64,000 bases of DNA from Catajapyx aquilonaris (Eukaryota), in assembly GCA_000934665.2 (NCBI GenBank), contig JYFJ02000929.1, positions 1 through 64,000 on the forward strand, in the 5' to 3' direction. This document shows positions 10,248 to 22,593 of this stretch, one piece after another; the stretch's first letter is position 1, and every line of letters begins with the position of its first letter. The notes beneath the pieces are model-generated. The model was not told the origin of the DNA and did no database searches. It saw only the letters and a program-made list of their open reading frames with translations. A program made the translations under genes and the position numbers.

Positions 10248-12514
10248 ATGGACGTCTACGAGGCGTTTCGTCCGATATCCCTTCTGTCGCGGACATTGGG
10301 ACTGTTTTCCGCGGTTAGGACAAAACAGGGGGGATATTCAAGGAGGTGGTTCCTCTTCCTGATTGCACCGGTTCTTTATGTTTCGTTCAACCTCGTTGTG
10401 CTCGGTTTCGATCTTTTGAGAGAAATTAAGTTGTCCTTTGAAAGTGTCAAAGCTGTCAGCACATTCATTGATCTCTGTGTGATGAACCTGCCAATCATCT
10501 CGATCTACCTCACACTGTCGCACCACTGCAATGTAATATGCCAACTGCTTAGACGCATTTACGATTTTGACGATCGTTTTCATGGGGCCAAAAAGGTCAA
10601 CGGGAAGGTTAAAATTTTATCCCTAATTATGTGCGTTGTAATAATTATTATCGCCATCACGATTGTAATACAGCAGGTGGTGTCGAAACCAGATTGGGTT
10701 TCTGCATTGTCTGTCACTCTGGGAATGATCGTTCGGTCCACATCCACAGTCACTTTGATGCAGGTCGTCTTCTTTTCCGAGTCCATTCGAGCCAGGTTCA
10801 AGCATGTGAACCAGTCAATTCGAGAGGTCACTTTCCATCTACCCCATTGCACTTCTTCAGAGAAAGTATTCAAACCTCCACTGCAGAAATTCCCCTCTCA
10901 CTTGACCCACCTGGGAGGTGCCTTCCTTGACCTCTGTGACCTGGTCAGCGGGGTCAACAAGTGCTACAGTGTTGCCTTGGCCCTGGCTTACATGATGGTG
11001 TTCACGGAAGTGGTTTTGTGTGGCTCGTACACGATGCTAAGGATATATCCTTTTCAACTGAATATGGTATTGTTCACATCCGCAAGAGCCGTCGAGATAT
11101 TTGCTGCCACGTGCATCCTTGAGAAAATTCCGCAAGAGGTAGGTTGCGCTCTACATTACTTTAATCAGCATGTTGTGTAATTTTGAGGTTCCCCTGGGAA
11201 TTTTTAAAAATGCTAGGCAAAAGTTAATAAATTCATTAAATCAATTTATTAATATGTGCGATGAGGAAAAAATATGTAGGCTATACTGTATATACAGGAT
11301 GGTGAGCTGAATGAAGGATGTCTTCCCGGATCGAGTTTGCACAATAATTTTTATTGTCAGTTGGTCCTAATAATATTATATAAAAAAGTGAACATCAGTT
11401 TTGAAATATAAATTATGTTCTCTGAGTATTAGTGAAAACCTGAGCTCGATAGGCCTATTCGAGAATTTGCAATTATTCTCCATTTGACGTGGCCACATCA
11501 TTACATCAAGCTGTATAGGAACCTTCCAGAATTTGTTTAAAATATTGTGACAATGGTATAGGCTTTGTCCAATATTTTTAATATCATATTGTTAACGAAC
11601 AATAATAATTTTATTAAAATTTAAATTGAGTGTAAGCATGATTACACATTGTAATATACCATGTAGGCCTAAAGTGTTGCGACTTAGTGTAACCAGCATG
11701 CTTTTATTTTTTAAATACTTTTTGCGAGCATTATGTTCGGCAAAAAATTGGTCGTCATCATTTGTCATTGTCGGAAAAATGAAAATAAAAATTATTGTGG
11801 AAGGTTATTACTGCCTTCCGTGATCATTTGAAATGCAAACATTACAAATTCACAACTTCAAACCAAGGTTTTCACTATACCCACAAGACAAAATCTCAAT
11901 CTCTCCGAATATTAAAACAGTTTGGTCACTTCTGATATCGTATATGGAAGGAAAGAACATAATAAATCCGGTGTAAATGGCATACAAGCTCATTGCTATC
12001 ATGTAACTACTTCCTATGTCCTTCTGCACTCCAAACAAAGTATGAAGTATGAATAACGCAGAGTGTGTCCTGCAGTAACAAATCAAGGAGTTATCCTTCC
12101 TCTATATCCTTCCTCTATAATATATACCATCACGCTGTCAGTGTTTAATATGATCCCATATTTTATGCCAGTTAATGCACAAGTCATTCCTCATCCAGGC
12201 ATCATCTTCTCTCCTGGACATCCAGAAGATTGACACATCATGGTTCGACCTGGACAGCAAGATGCAGTTCCAGTCCCTGGTCACCATGATGACCAGTCAA
12301 CAACCCGAAATCTCAGCCTGGTTTTTCAACATCAGAAGCAATATTCTTATTGGTGTACGTGAGTCGTGAGGCTCATCATCAAGCTATATATTTTTAAATC
12401 TTTATACCAGAGGTTTCATCTTATCCTAATTTGCCTCCTTCTTTCTCTCTTCAGATGGCAAATTCGTTCGTCACACTGCTCGTCATCATGGCACAGTTCA
12501 AAGGAGCCGAATAG
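10248..12514 (+). CDS. Gustatory receptor GR-2; exons 10248-11138, 12199-12354, 12455-12514
   Basis: Starts MDVYEAFRPISLLSR. Exon 2 ASSSLLDIQKIDTSWFDLDSK..EISAWFFNIRSNILIG; exon 3 MANSFVTLLVIMAQFKGAE*. Confidence 0.9.
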
Positions 12515-12641
12515 TCCAGCTCATTGTATCTATTGTATGCCAACTGCGAGCACAGTATTACGTAAAATATGTATTACACAATATGGGTGATTTCCATATC
12601 AACCAAAGTGCTCTTTACGTACTTTGCTTTTTGGACACTAA

Positions 12642-12766
12642 GGGCCGGTTTCACCGAGCCCAGTTTTGATAAAACCCCGGTTCTTTTGGAAAATCCCTGC
12701 AAATAGAATAGGTCTTTTCCAAAAGAACTGGGGTTTTATCAAAACCGGGCTTGGTGAAACCGGCCT
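12642..12766. mobile_element. Palindromic PIF/Harbinger (Tourist-like) MITE, copy 1
   Basis: Long inverted arms GGGCCGGTTTCACC..TTTTGATAAAACCCC / GGGGTTTTATCAAAA..GGTGAAACCGGCCT, with a TAA duplication on both sides. A second copy lies at 41523-41650. Confidence 0.85.
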
Positions 12767-13138
12767 TAACCCTTTAATTGATAATGTCCCTCCTGAGGGA
12801 CATTCAATTTCAAAAAAATTTAACGGGCCCGCCAGAAAGAAAGTGCGCGAAAATGGATGCCCATCATCTGGCACCGAACCTCGACTAACGCACATGTGTA
12901 CTTCGCCATCTGTTGGGAAAAGCTTGCACCATGAAAACACAAGATCAATCCAACATGGCGGCCGCTCCAGAAGCGGTTGCCTCGCAGCCGGTAAGAAACT
13001 CTTTTTTTAAAATTGCCGTAACATGGTTTTGAGAGACATGAAATAAGCTCCAGTGAGTGCATGAAGCATGTGATCAGACCAGCCTCTCAGTTCTCTCATA
13101 AAACTAATATTACGATCGTAATAGTTGGCTATTAACCT

Positions 13139-14106
13139 ATGTACCCCAGGAGGGACATTGCCAATTCAAGGGTGATTTATGATTTCAGTTTGTGCACTGG
13201 AAGTTCTACCTTTGAAGGAGTAGATTTCTCAGAAGAGGAAGAGCAGATGGGTGTTGGAGGAAAGGTTGTGGTGCAGCTATGTAAAACGATTGATGATAGG
13301 AAGGAGACTGTGGTGTATTTTGATAAGTTCTTTTGCAGTCTGGAACTGATCATGTACCTCAAAGACAATTTGGACTTGCACAGCCTGGGAACACTGAGAG
13401 AGAATCGTCTGAGGGGGTGTGAGCTAATGTCTCTAAAGGATATGAAAAAAGAAGGGAGGGGAGCGATTGATTACAAAGTTGATAATGCTGCAGGAATTGC
13501 CGTAGTAAAATGGTTGTACAGCAAGGCTGTTCTCCTAGTAAGTTCATGCTCATCAGTTGAGCCCTGGGATATTGCAAAAAGGAGAAAGAAAGGGTTCCAA
13601 GTTAACTGCCCAAATGTGGTAAGGGAGTAACAGACACATGGGTGGCGTAGATTCGGCCGACATGTTGGTGGCACTCTACAGAACTCGACTTAAAACACGA
13701 AGGTGGTACTTGACCATTTTTGCGCAGATGATAGATGTGGCAGTCATTAACGGGTGGTTGTTGTACCGCAGAGACATGGCACTTCTAGGTAGGAGGAAAA
13801 CAGTAAGCCTGAAGGAATTCCGCATGGATGTTGGTAATGCTTTGATTCAGTCAGGGAAGCCTAAAAGAGGTAGACCATCCGTTCAGCATACTCAGCCATT
13901 TAAAAAAAATAAAGACACCCACTTTTCCAAGACCAGGCTGTGACATCCGATATGATGGGATTGGCCATTTTTCTATTTTTGGGGTGAAGGGAAGATGCAG
14001 GCTGTGCAGTTCGGGAAAAACAAAGGTAATGTGCCAAAAGTGTGACTTGCGATTGTGTTTACTGGAAAACAGGAACTGTTTTTTTCATTTCCATAACCAG
14101 CAGTGA
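13139..14106 (+). pseudogene. piggyBac transposase (PGBD2/3-like), N-terminally deleted and frameshifted
   Basis: VVYFDKFFCSLEL, GTLRENRL, MGGVDSADML, RRWY, and a C-terminal Cys-rich domain GRCRLCSSGKTKVMCQKCDLRLCLLENRNCFFHFH. Frameshifts near 13628 and 13908. Confidence 0.9.
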
Positions 14107-14409
14107 TCTGTAGGTAACTTATTCCTATGGAAGTGAAAAAAATTTATTGTGAATTCTTGTTATGGGAGTGAAATTGTGAAAGGTCTGTTTGTAATACATA
14201 ATATGCGGTGGTTATGTGATACCTGTGTCACCTACATCAAACCATATGTTTTTATCAAGAGAATATGTTGTTTTTACTAACTTATACTTATACTGAATAA
14301 ACTATATCATTCCATGTGTCATTGTCTTCCTTGTGATATTCCTAATTTGTTAATGAATCTTTGGAGATAAGTACCATACAGTTCGTATTTTCGGAGCTAC
14401 AGCGACTTG

Positions 14410-14904
14410 AAAAAGACTTTTCACTCGCTGAAGGGTGGCCAATCCGCAATTACTGGCCTCCGGGGCCGAATCGGGAGTGGCGCCATATCAGCATTTGAAG
14501 AGTATGGTCTCAAGGACATTCGTACCAAATTTCATGCTTTTATCACCAAGTGCACTGAGCACTGATGACCCTTATTGTTTCGTCCCTTAACTCCATGACA
14601 ATGTATGTGTCGCGGTAGCTTCGAAAATATGGACTGTACGTGGAAAAGGTACTGTAAACTTTATGTAGCATACATGTTTCTCTACAACTTTCGTTTGGAA
14701 CATATCAGCCCGAGAAGCATAGTTCGCTCATAAAAAGACTTTTCACTCGCTGCAGGGTAGCCAACCCGCAAAGACGGGGCCTCCTGGTCGAAAACGGGCG
14801 TGGCACCATATCTGGATTTGAAGAGTGGGGTCGCAAGGACATTTGTACCTAATTTCATACTTTCATCACCAAACGCACGGTTGACCCTTTTTTTCGTACC
14901 TTAA
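14410..14904. repeat. Two direct copies (about 14410-14590 and 14733-14904) of a unit related to the 165-bp repeat at 1-1335, nested inside the piggyBac
   Basis: AAAAGACTTTTCACTCGCTG...CAAGGACATT(C/T)GTACC(A/T)AATTTCAT(G/A)CTTT(T/C)ATCACCAA..GCAC...CTTAA occurs twice. Confidence 0.7.
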
Positions 14905-15070
14905 CCCTTTAATTGGCAATGTACCTCCTGGGGCACATAGCGAAAAACAGGGAAGGCGACAATTAAAAAAAAAGAAGAGCGATTGCAGCATATCATACGA
15001 ATTATTTTAGTAGAGAAATACAACTGACATAATTTTACTGATGTCCTTTCTGTGTTTGCCAATTAAAGGG
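14905..15070. mobile_element. 166-bp piggyBac-family MITE
   Basis: TTAA|CCCTTTAATTGGCA ... TGCCAATTAAAGGG|TTAA, a perfect 14-bp TIR. Confidence 0.85.
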
Positions 15071-15546
15071 TTAAATGGTAGTAATCCTGAATGTTTACCC
15101 ACAAAAATGGAATGCAATGGAATTTTCACCCTCGACCTATGTCTCAGGCCATCCTGACACTCGATTCACATTCTTCCACTTATGAATAAAGCACCTTTTC
15201 AACCTATCCCCATCGATTCCATGCATGAACATGAAGGACTTCTTACAATGCAAAGTGTGATGCATATAGAACACCCATTTGACAAATTGGAGGGCGTGTC
15301 TGGGGCACGTGTCATGATGATCAACTAACTAGAATGTGACCAAAATATGATTATTCGCAAAGGTGTGCACTGGCATATCAGTGTTGCTTGTATTGCGGTA
15401 ATAAATTAGAGTGAATTCCTATTTTGCCATCAACATTGATTAATGGAACCCGATAGAAGTCTCACCCTGCAATCAATGCAGCACCACTGAAGTGCTCACC
15501 TCCTTTTTTGGTGTTGTGTTCACTCACAGTCAGTGCTGGTGCCAGT

Positions 15547-16954
15547 ATGGACATCTACGAGGCATTTCGTCCGATATCCCTTCTATCACGGACACTGGGA
15601 CAGTTTTCCGCGGTTAGGACAAAGCAGGGGGATTATTCAAGGAGGTGGTTCCTCTTCTTAATAGCACCGGGTTTTTGCGTTTCGTTCAACATCGTTGTGC
15701 TCGGTTTCTATCATTTGGGAGAAATTAAGTTGTCCTTTGAAAGTGTCAAAGCTGTCACCACATTAATTGATCTCTCTATGATGAACCTGCCAGTCATCTC
15801 GATCTACCTCACACTATCGCACCACTGCAATGGAATATGCCAACTGCTTAGACGCATTTACGACTTTGACGATCGTTTTCATGGGGCCATAAAGGTCAAC
15901 GGGAAGGTTAAAATTGCGTCCCTAATTATGTGCGTTTTAATGATTATTATCGCCATCACGATTGTAATACAGCAGGTGGTGTCGGAACAAGATTTGGTTT
16001 CTGCATTGTCTGTCACTCTGGGAATGATCGTTCGGTCCGCATCCACAGTCGCCTTGATGCAGGTCGTCTTCTTTTCCGAGTCCATTCGAGCCAGGTTCAA
16101 ACATGTGAACCAGTCAATTCGAGAGGTCACTTCCCACCTGCCCCAGCATGGCACTTCTTCAGAGAAAGTATTCAAACCTCCACTGCAGAAGTTCCCCTCT
16201 CACTTGACCCATCTGGGAGGTGCCTTCCTTGAACTTTGTGACCTGGTCAGCGGGGTCAACAAGTGCTACAGTGTTGCCTTGGCCATGTCCTACATGAACG
16301 TGTTCACGGAAGTGGTTTTGTGTGGCTCGTACATGATCCTCGGGATATATCCTTTTCAACTGAATATGATATTGTTCACATGCACCACATCCTTCGAGAT
16401 ATTTGCTGCCACGTGCCTCCTAGAGAAAATTCCACAAGAGGTATGTTGCAATTTACATTAATTTAATCAGTATATTGTGTAATTTTAAGCGGCTACTGGA
16501 ACTTTTATTAAATACTAAGCACAAGTGTAATTTATCATTGAGTGAAAATATTACTATGTATGTGGCCTAGACACATATTTAATGCCAGTTAATGCACAAG
16601 TCCTTCCTCATTCAGGCGTCATCATCTCTCCTGGACATCCAGAAGATTGACACATCATGGTTCGACCTGGACAGCAAGATGCAGTTCCAGTCCCTGGTCA
16701 CCATGATGACCAGTCAACAACCCGAAATCTCAGCCTGGTTCTTCAACATCAGAAGCAATATTCTTATTGCTGTACGTGAGGCTCAACATCTAGTATCTAC
16801 AGTAGTTATTTAAATCTACACGATGTAGAGCACTAGCTACTACCTTAGTTTCACCTTCTTCTCATTTATCGTTCGTCTTTCTCTCCCTTTTCAGATGGCT
16901 AATTCCGTCATCACTCTAATAGTCATCATAGCACAGTTCAAAGGAGCAGAATAG
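15547..16954 (+). CDS. Gustatory receptor GR-3 (recent paralogue of GR-2); exons 15547-16440, 16616-16771, 16895-16954
   Basis: Starts MDIYEAFRPISLLSR. Exon 2 is nearly identical to that of GR-2; exon 3 MANSVITLIVIIAQFKGAE*. Confidence 0.9.
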
Positions 16955-17753
16955 TGCAGCACTTAACACTTTAACTACTGCATGTCCAGTTCGAGTATTA
17001 TATGCCAAAAAATAGAGTATTGCACAATGTGGGTGCATTCCGCACACACCACTTTACACACTTTGGTTTTTTATCATGCAGTGACTGGTTATGGTTTTCG
17101 AAATAAAACCTTTCACTCTTTTCACTAGATATAGTAGTAACATTGGGTGTTTCATATATGCGAGAAATATATGCCTCTAGTGTAATTTACATCCCCATAT
17201 GCTTGGAATGAATTCATTAGATAATTAGTTTTCTGGTTTAATAATAATTAACAGAATTATCACATCTGATTATATACTGAATGTTTGAATTACAATATTT
17301 GGATGAATATTTACTGGAACGCAACCCATACTTTGCCAGTTTTTGCCACGCTTGAAGCATTCAGCCATTGCATTGCCTTTTATTCATTCTTTCGGATATT
17401 GTTAAAGCGTAATGCCCTTACCATAATTCTCACGAACTGGTGGCGAGGTAAGACCTCGCAAAGTGCGACCTGGATTATTAAGTGTGACATAACAATAACT
17501 GCCAAATGGTTTGTCACAGAAAATGAGCACGATAGGAAATTCCGTATTTGAGCGCCTTCGTCCTTCAGAACAGTTGACCTTTCATACCCTGAAGGTTCAG
17601 TGTGTGGATTATGCGCTATTGAATTAGGGCGGGTCTGACGAGTGAGTCACGAATAAAGACTATTTGCCTTTCTTGTCGAATGAAGTGATGTCACATTTCC
17701 GTACCGACGCCTTTTGATGGTGCATGTCCTCACTTGTTGAGGTTAGTTCAACG

Positions 17754-19143
17754 ATGGATGTCTACCAGGCATTCAAGCCACTGGCCATTTTGTCCCGTGT
17801 GCTTGGATTGTTTCCAGCGATTAGGACAGATCAAGGGTGGTATTCCAGAAGGTGGTTACTGGTCATCACGGCACTTCCTCTTCACATTTCTGTCAACTTA
17901 TTGCTCTTCGCATTCAAGGGATTCGGAGGAATTCCGATCTCTCTAGACGGAGTGACGACTACTGCGACAACTCTCGGCGTGTGGAACGTGGTCCTGTCAT
18001 CCGTCGCTCTGTACCTCATTCTATCAGGAAAATGCCACGAGATTTGCAACCTGCTTCAACTACTAGACGAGTTCGACAACCGGGTGATCGGGGTCTCAAA
18101 GGTCAACCGGAAGGTTCACGTCACAACTCTTGTTTGGTACATCGTTCTCTCAGCTGTCACTCTTATGCTGATGGCAGTGTACGTAATCTACCGCCCGTTT
18201 TGGATACTCGCGCTTACAATTACCCTGTACAATCTCTCTAGCTCCATACCCGGAGTAGTCCTGATGCAAGTCATCTTCTTTTCCGAATCAATTCGAGTCA
18301 GATTCAAGTATGTTAACCAGTTAATTCGAGAGGTCACTTCCCAGATGCCCCAGGCCATTTCTTCAGAGAAATTATTCAAAGCCCCTCTTCAGAAATTCCC
18401 TCCTCTCTTGACCCATCTGGGAGGTGCTTTTGTTGACCTCTGCGACCTTGTCAGTAGGGTGAACGACTGTTATGGTGTGGCCATGGCCATTGCTTACTTG
18501 AGCCTCTTCGTAAGAGTGGTCACGTTGAGCTCTTACATTTTGGTGGGATTACTTACTTTTGATCCCAGCTACCATCTAGCAGCGGTCATCAGGTCAGTAG
18601 AGATATTCTTCGCCACATGCATCATGGAGCTACTCCCGAAAGAGGTGGGTCAACTATAATAATATTGCAATAATTTCTGTGCTTCTTTGCGATACATTGA
18701 AAGTGTCTAATGGCGACCGTCGTTTTAATATTGATGTAACTCAGTCTGTTCCTAAATTGAAAGTGTTGTTTACATATTCTGACAATGGTGCCCAATTATA
18801 AGGAATCAAAAGTATAGCGCGCAATTATCTCATATTTTTCACAACAGGTGTCATCTTCCCTCCTGGACATCCACAAGGTGGACACGTCCCAGTTTGATCT
18901 GCACAGCAAGCTCCTATTTCAAGCTTTGATTACGAAAATCACTAGTCACCAAGTGGAGCTGTCTGCCTTTTTCTTCAAAGTTCGAAGTGGAATTCTCGTG
19001 ACGGTACGTTAGGTTTGAGAACTAATTAAATATTTTAATATCCGCAAAAGATCAGTTAACATGGTAGATATCTTCCTTGTTAGATGGCTAGCTCTACAAT
19101 CACTCTACTCGTCATCCTGGCACAGTTCAAGGGAGCTGAATAA
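17754..19143 (+). CDS. Gustatory receptor GR-4; exons 17754-18644, 18848-19003, 19084-19143 (upstream in-frame ATG at 17724)
   Basis: Starts MDVYQAFKPLAILSR; exon 3 MASSTITLLVILAQFKGAE*. Confidence 0.9.
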
Positions 19144-20780
19144 ATTGCAACAAAGATAACGTTGTATTATTAATCATATTGTCATTAAATCTGACACGAA
19201 TTAATATTGCATAGTGATTGATGTTGCTGCACATATAATTTATGTTATGCATTTCCACAGATCATAGCACCCTTTAGTTCGGATGCATTTGTAGATATGA
19301 AGGTGTAAGTGTGGGCAAATGTCAAGATGCTTTGATAAAAAAACTGTAAAATTAAATGTTGTAATATGTTGTGTTAAATATCCTGAATCCCGCATACCTA
19401 GGTTCAAATAAAAAAATGGAGGCTATACACATTATGTAGCTTTACTGCTGCGCATTAGTGAGCTCAAGACTACTTATAGCTATAGATGATAATTATTATT
19501 GCAACTCTAAATACGCTGGATGAAGGCGGCAAAACAGTGTACGGATCGTTTTCACACACTGACAGACTCGATTCACTCACGACCTTTGGCCCATGTCATA
19601 CTGACACTCGATTCGCCTTCTTCCACTAATGATGAATCAAGCAGCTTGGTTCAACATGCCCACATCGATTCATTGCATAAACATGAAGGACTTCAGCCTT
19701 ACAATCCAAATAGTTAGAGCATTTGACAAATTGGAGGGCGAGTCTGGGGCACACTTCATGATGATCGAATGACTAGGATGTGACAAAAAGGTGGACATGT
19801 CCGTAAATGTACGAAACTAAAGCGACAGCCGCAATTAAACCGTTTCAATATTCTAATTTGCTTATTTATTGGCCATGAAAATACCGAAGGTCTCGTCAAT
19901 GTCTTCTGGACCAACCTGGTGATATATGGTCACTTTACGTCCTGATATAGATCGCTCCCTTGACCCTTATTCTTGCAGATAATATATGTCATTAATGGCG
20001 CAAGAAATCATTAAAGGCGCAAGAAAAGGATTATGTATCTGGCGCCGAGGAAATGACGCAGAATGCAGTGTCCACCAGCTTGAAAGAACTCGATACTATA
20101 GCCTTACAGGAGTGTCATTTTAGGGTTACATTCACAGAAGACAAGAGAGTACAAGTTTCCCTTGGCATGCTTTATTTTATTTCATAAATGTGATTGCTAA
20201 AAGGCCAAGATATTATCTTACACAAAGTAAGCTTTGCATTGTAAACTGCAGCAGTGGAATTATTCCAAAATATAAGTAGTGGACCACTTTCTCTCTCTTA
20301 GCCGACGATCTGAAAAACGTTAGATTGGTAAGTCTATACTGTATATCCACAGAAGCACACATAATTTGAGCTGAAACACTCTCCCTTGTGCATAATGCAT
20401 GTCAATTTATGACAAATTTAGCAAAAAAACTTTATTTAAGGAATAGCCCAACTCTTCCATTGGAGGACAGCGCTTTGTAATCCATCACATAGTTTAAACA
20501 TCAAGTTCACTAGTATGTAACAGGCAAGACAGGTTGATAATTATTAATTCCTGAATTTCTTGGAAGCAGCTCGTGAATATCAATTGCCATATGGTACGCG
20601 GAATGGCGGAATTTAGAAAGTCCATATGTCTGTTTCGTTCATATTGCGGAAAATGTACTATAACGATTTTGCCATGGAGTGATTAATGAAACTTTAGAGA
20701 AAAATACAATCAATAGAGCACCACTTGAATGCTCTCTGCATTCTTGGTGCGTTTAGCACTCATTCGGTGAACCTTGGACT

Positions 20781-22113
20781 ATGGACATCTACGAGGCATT
20801 TGGACCGATATCCCTTCTGTCACGGACACTGGGACTGTTTTCGGCGGTTAGGACAAAGCAGGGGGGATATTCCAGGAGGTGGTTCCTCTTCCTGATTGCA
20901 CCGGTTCTTCACGTTTCGTTCAGCCTCGTTATGTTTGGTTTAAATGTGTTTGGAGAAGTCACGTTTTCCTTAGAAAGCGTAAAAGCTGTCAGCACATTCA
21001 TTAATGCTTTCGTCGTGGATCTGACAGCAATTTCGATCTACCTCACACTGTCGCGCCACTGCAACGGAATATGCCAACTGCTTCGACGCATTTACGAATT
21101 TGACAATAGCTTTTCTGGGGTAGAAAAGCTCAACAGAAGCGTTAAAATTGCTTCCCAAATTATGTGCATTCTATTCACCATTTTCGTCATCGCGATGATT
21201 ATAATTCCTGTGGTGTCGAAACCAGATTTGATTACTGCATTGTCAATCACTTTGGGAATGATCACTCGTTACACTTCAATAGTCGCATTGTTACAAGTCG
21301 TCTTCTTCTCCGAATCTATTCGAGTCAGGTTCAAGTATGTGAACCAATCAATTCGAGAGGTTACTGCCCACCTGCCCCTGGCCATCTCTGCACACAAAAT
21401 TTTCCAACCCCGCCTGCAGAAATTCCCATTGCTCTTGACACACCTGGGAGGTGCATTCCTTGACCTATGTGACCTGGTCAGTGGGGTCAACAAGTGCTAC
21501 AGTGTTGCTGTGGCCATGGCTTACATGAACATGTTCATCGAAGTGGTTTTGTCTTGCTCGAACGTGATGATTGGGTTATACCCCTTTCATTTGATTATGG
21601 TATTACTCACATCCACCTCAGCCGTCGTGATATTTGCTGTCACGTGCATCCTGGACAAAATTCCGCAAGAGGTAGGCTTATCTCTACATCAATGTAACCA
21701 ACACATGCTTTCAATGTTCAAGAGGGCAAAACAGAAGTCTATGAAAGGTGGATTCCATTATTTTCGCATATAATTAATTAAGTAATTATACACAATAATA
21801 TCTCGCCAGGCATCATCTTCTCTCCTGGACATCCAGAAGATCGACACGTCCTGGTTCGACCTGGACAGCAAGATTCTGTTCCAGTCTCTGGTCACCAAGA
21901 TGACCAGCCAACAACCCGAAATCTCAGCTTGGCTTTTCAACATCAGGAGCAATATTCTAATTGCTGTACGTCATGTTCATAATCAGGCCATTTTAATCTA
22001 CTCCTAGTTTCAGCTTATTCTGACCCTTTTCTTTTCATTATCTCTCTTTTCAGATGGCAAATTCTGTCATCACTCTACTAGTCATCATGGCACAGTTCAA
22101 ACTAGCAGAATAG
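20781..22113 (+). CDS. Gustatory receptor GR-5; exons 20781-21671, 21810-21965, 22054-22113
   Basis: Starts MDIYEAFGPISLLSR; exon 3 MANSVITLLVIMAQFKLAE*. Confidence 0.9.
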
Positions 22114-22593
22114 TTCAGCACATTGTATAACTGATGTATTTCAATAATATATGCAAACTATTCTGTAAAGTGCCTCTGACACGATCTGCACGACGCGACG
22201 TGTGTGTCACAATGTGTAAAATTGAAATTTTCTCAAGGCAAGAATTTTCTGGCTTAAGTGTAAGCCTACATAATTTGATATCTGAGTGATAAATGTGATG
22301 TAATTCAACAATATATTCTACAGAGGAGGCGCAGCCGGACCTAAGTCATATGATCCATTAGTCGAACGCTCCTAACATAAGGACAGAAAAAGAGTCCGAG
22401 CATCAATCTTCTCCTCGGGGCATAACCGACATTATTCACACGAAATAGGTCAATAAGCACATTATATGGTTCCTGTCACACTGACAGTGCGACGGAAACT
22501 GTTCTACATGTCTCAAGAATAGGCTGTATTGGCATAACATCAGAAGTTTGTGCAAACGCATTGTGTGTTCACTCACTCGGTGCTGGTTCCGCT

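Larger units (their letters stand above)
12770..15070 (+). mobile_element. Decayed piggyBac DNA transposon (composite)
   Basis: TTAA|CCCTTTAATTG at 12766-12780 and CAATTAAAGGG|TTAA at 15060-15074, with a transposase relic inside. Confidence 0.9.

Noticed and set aside
10580..10930. Recurrent antisense and alternate-frame ORFs (..TSRIDWFT.LNLARMDSEKKTT.., ..DAGRLLFRVHSSQVQ..) in each GR
   Set aside because: Shadows of the conserved GR coding block; their starts and lengths vary between paralogues.
12638..13062. ORFs with IKTGLGETG repeats
   Set aside because: Products of the palindromic MITE and the piggyBac left end.
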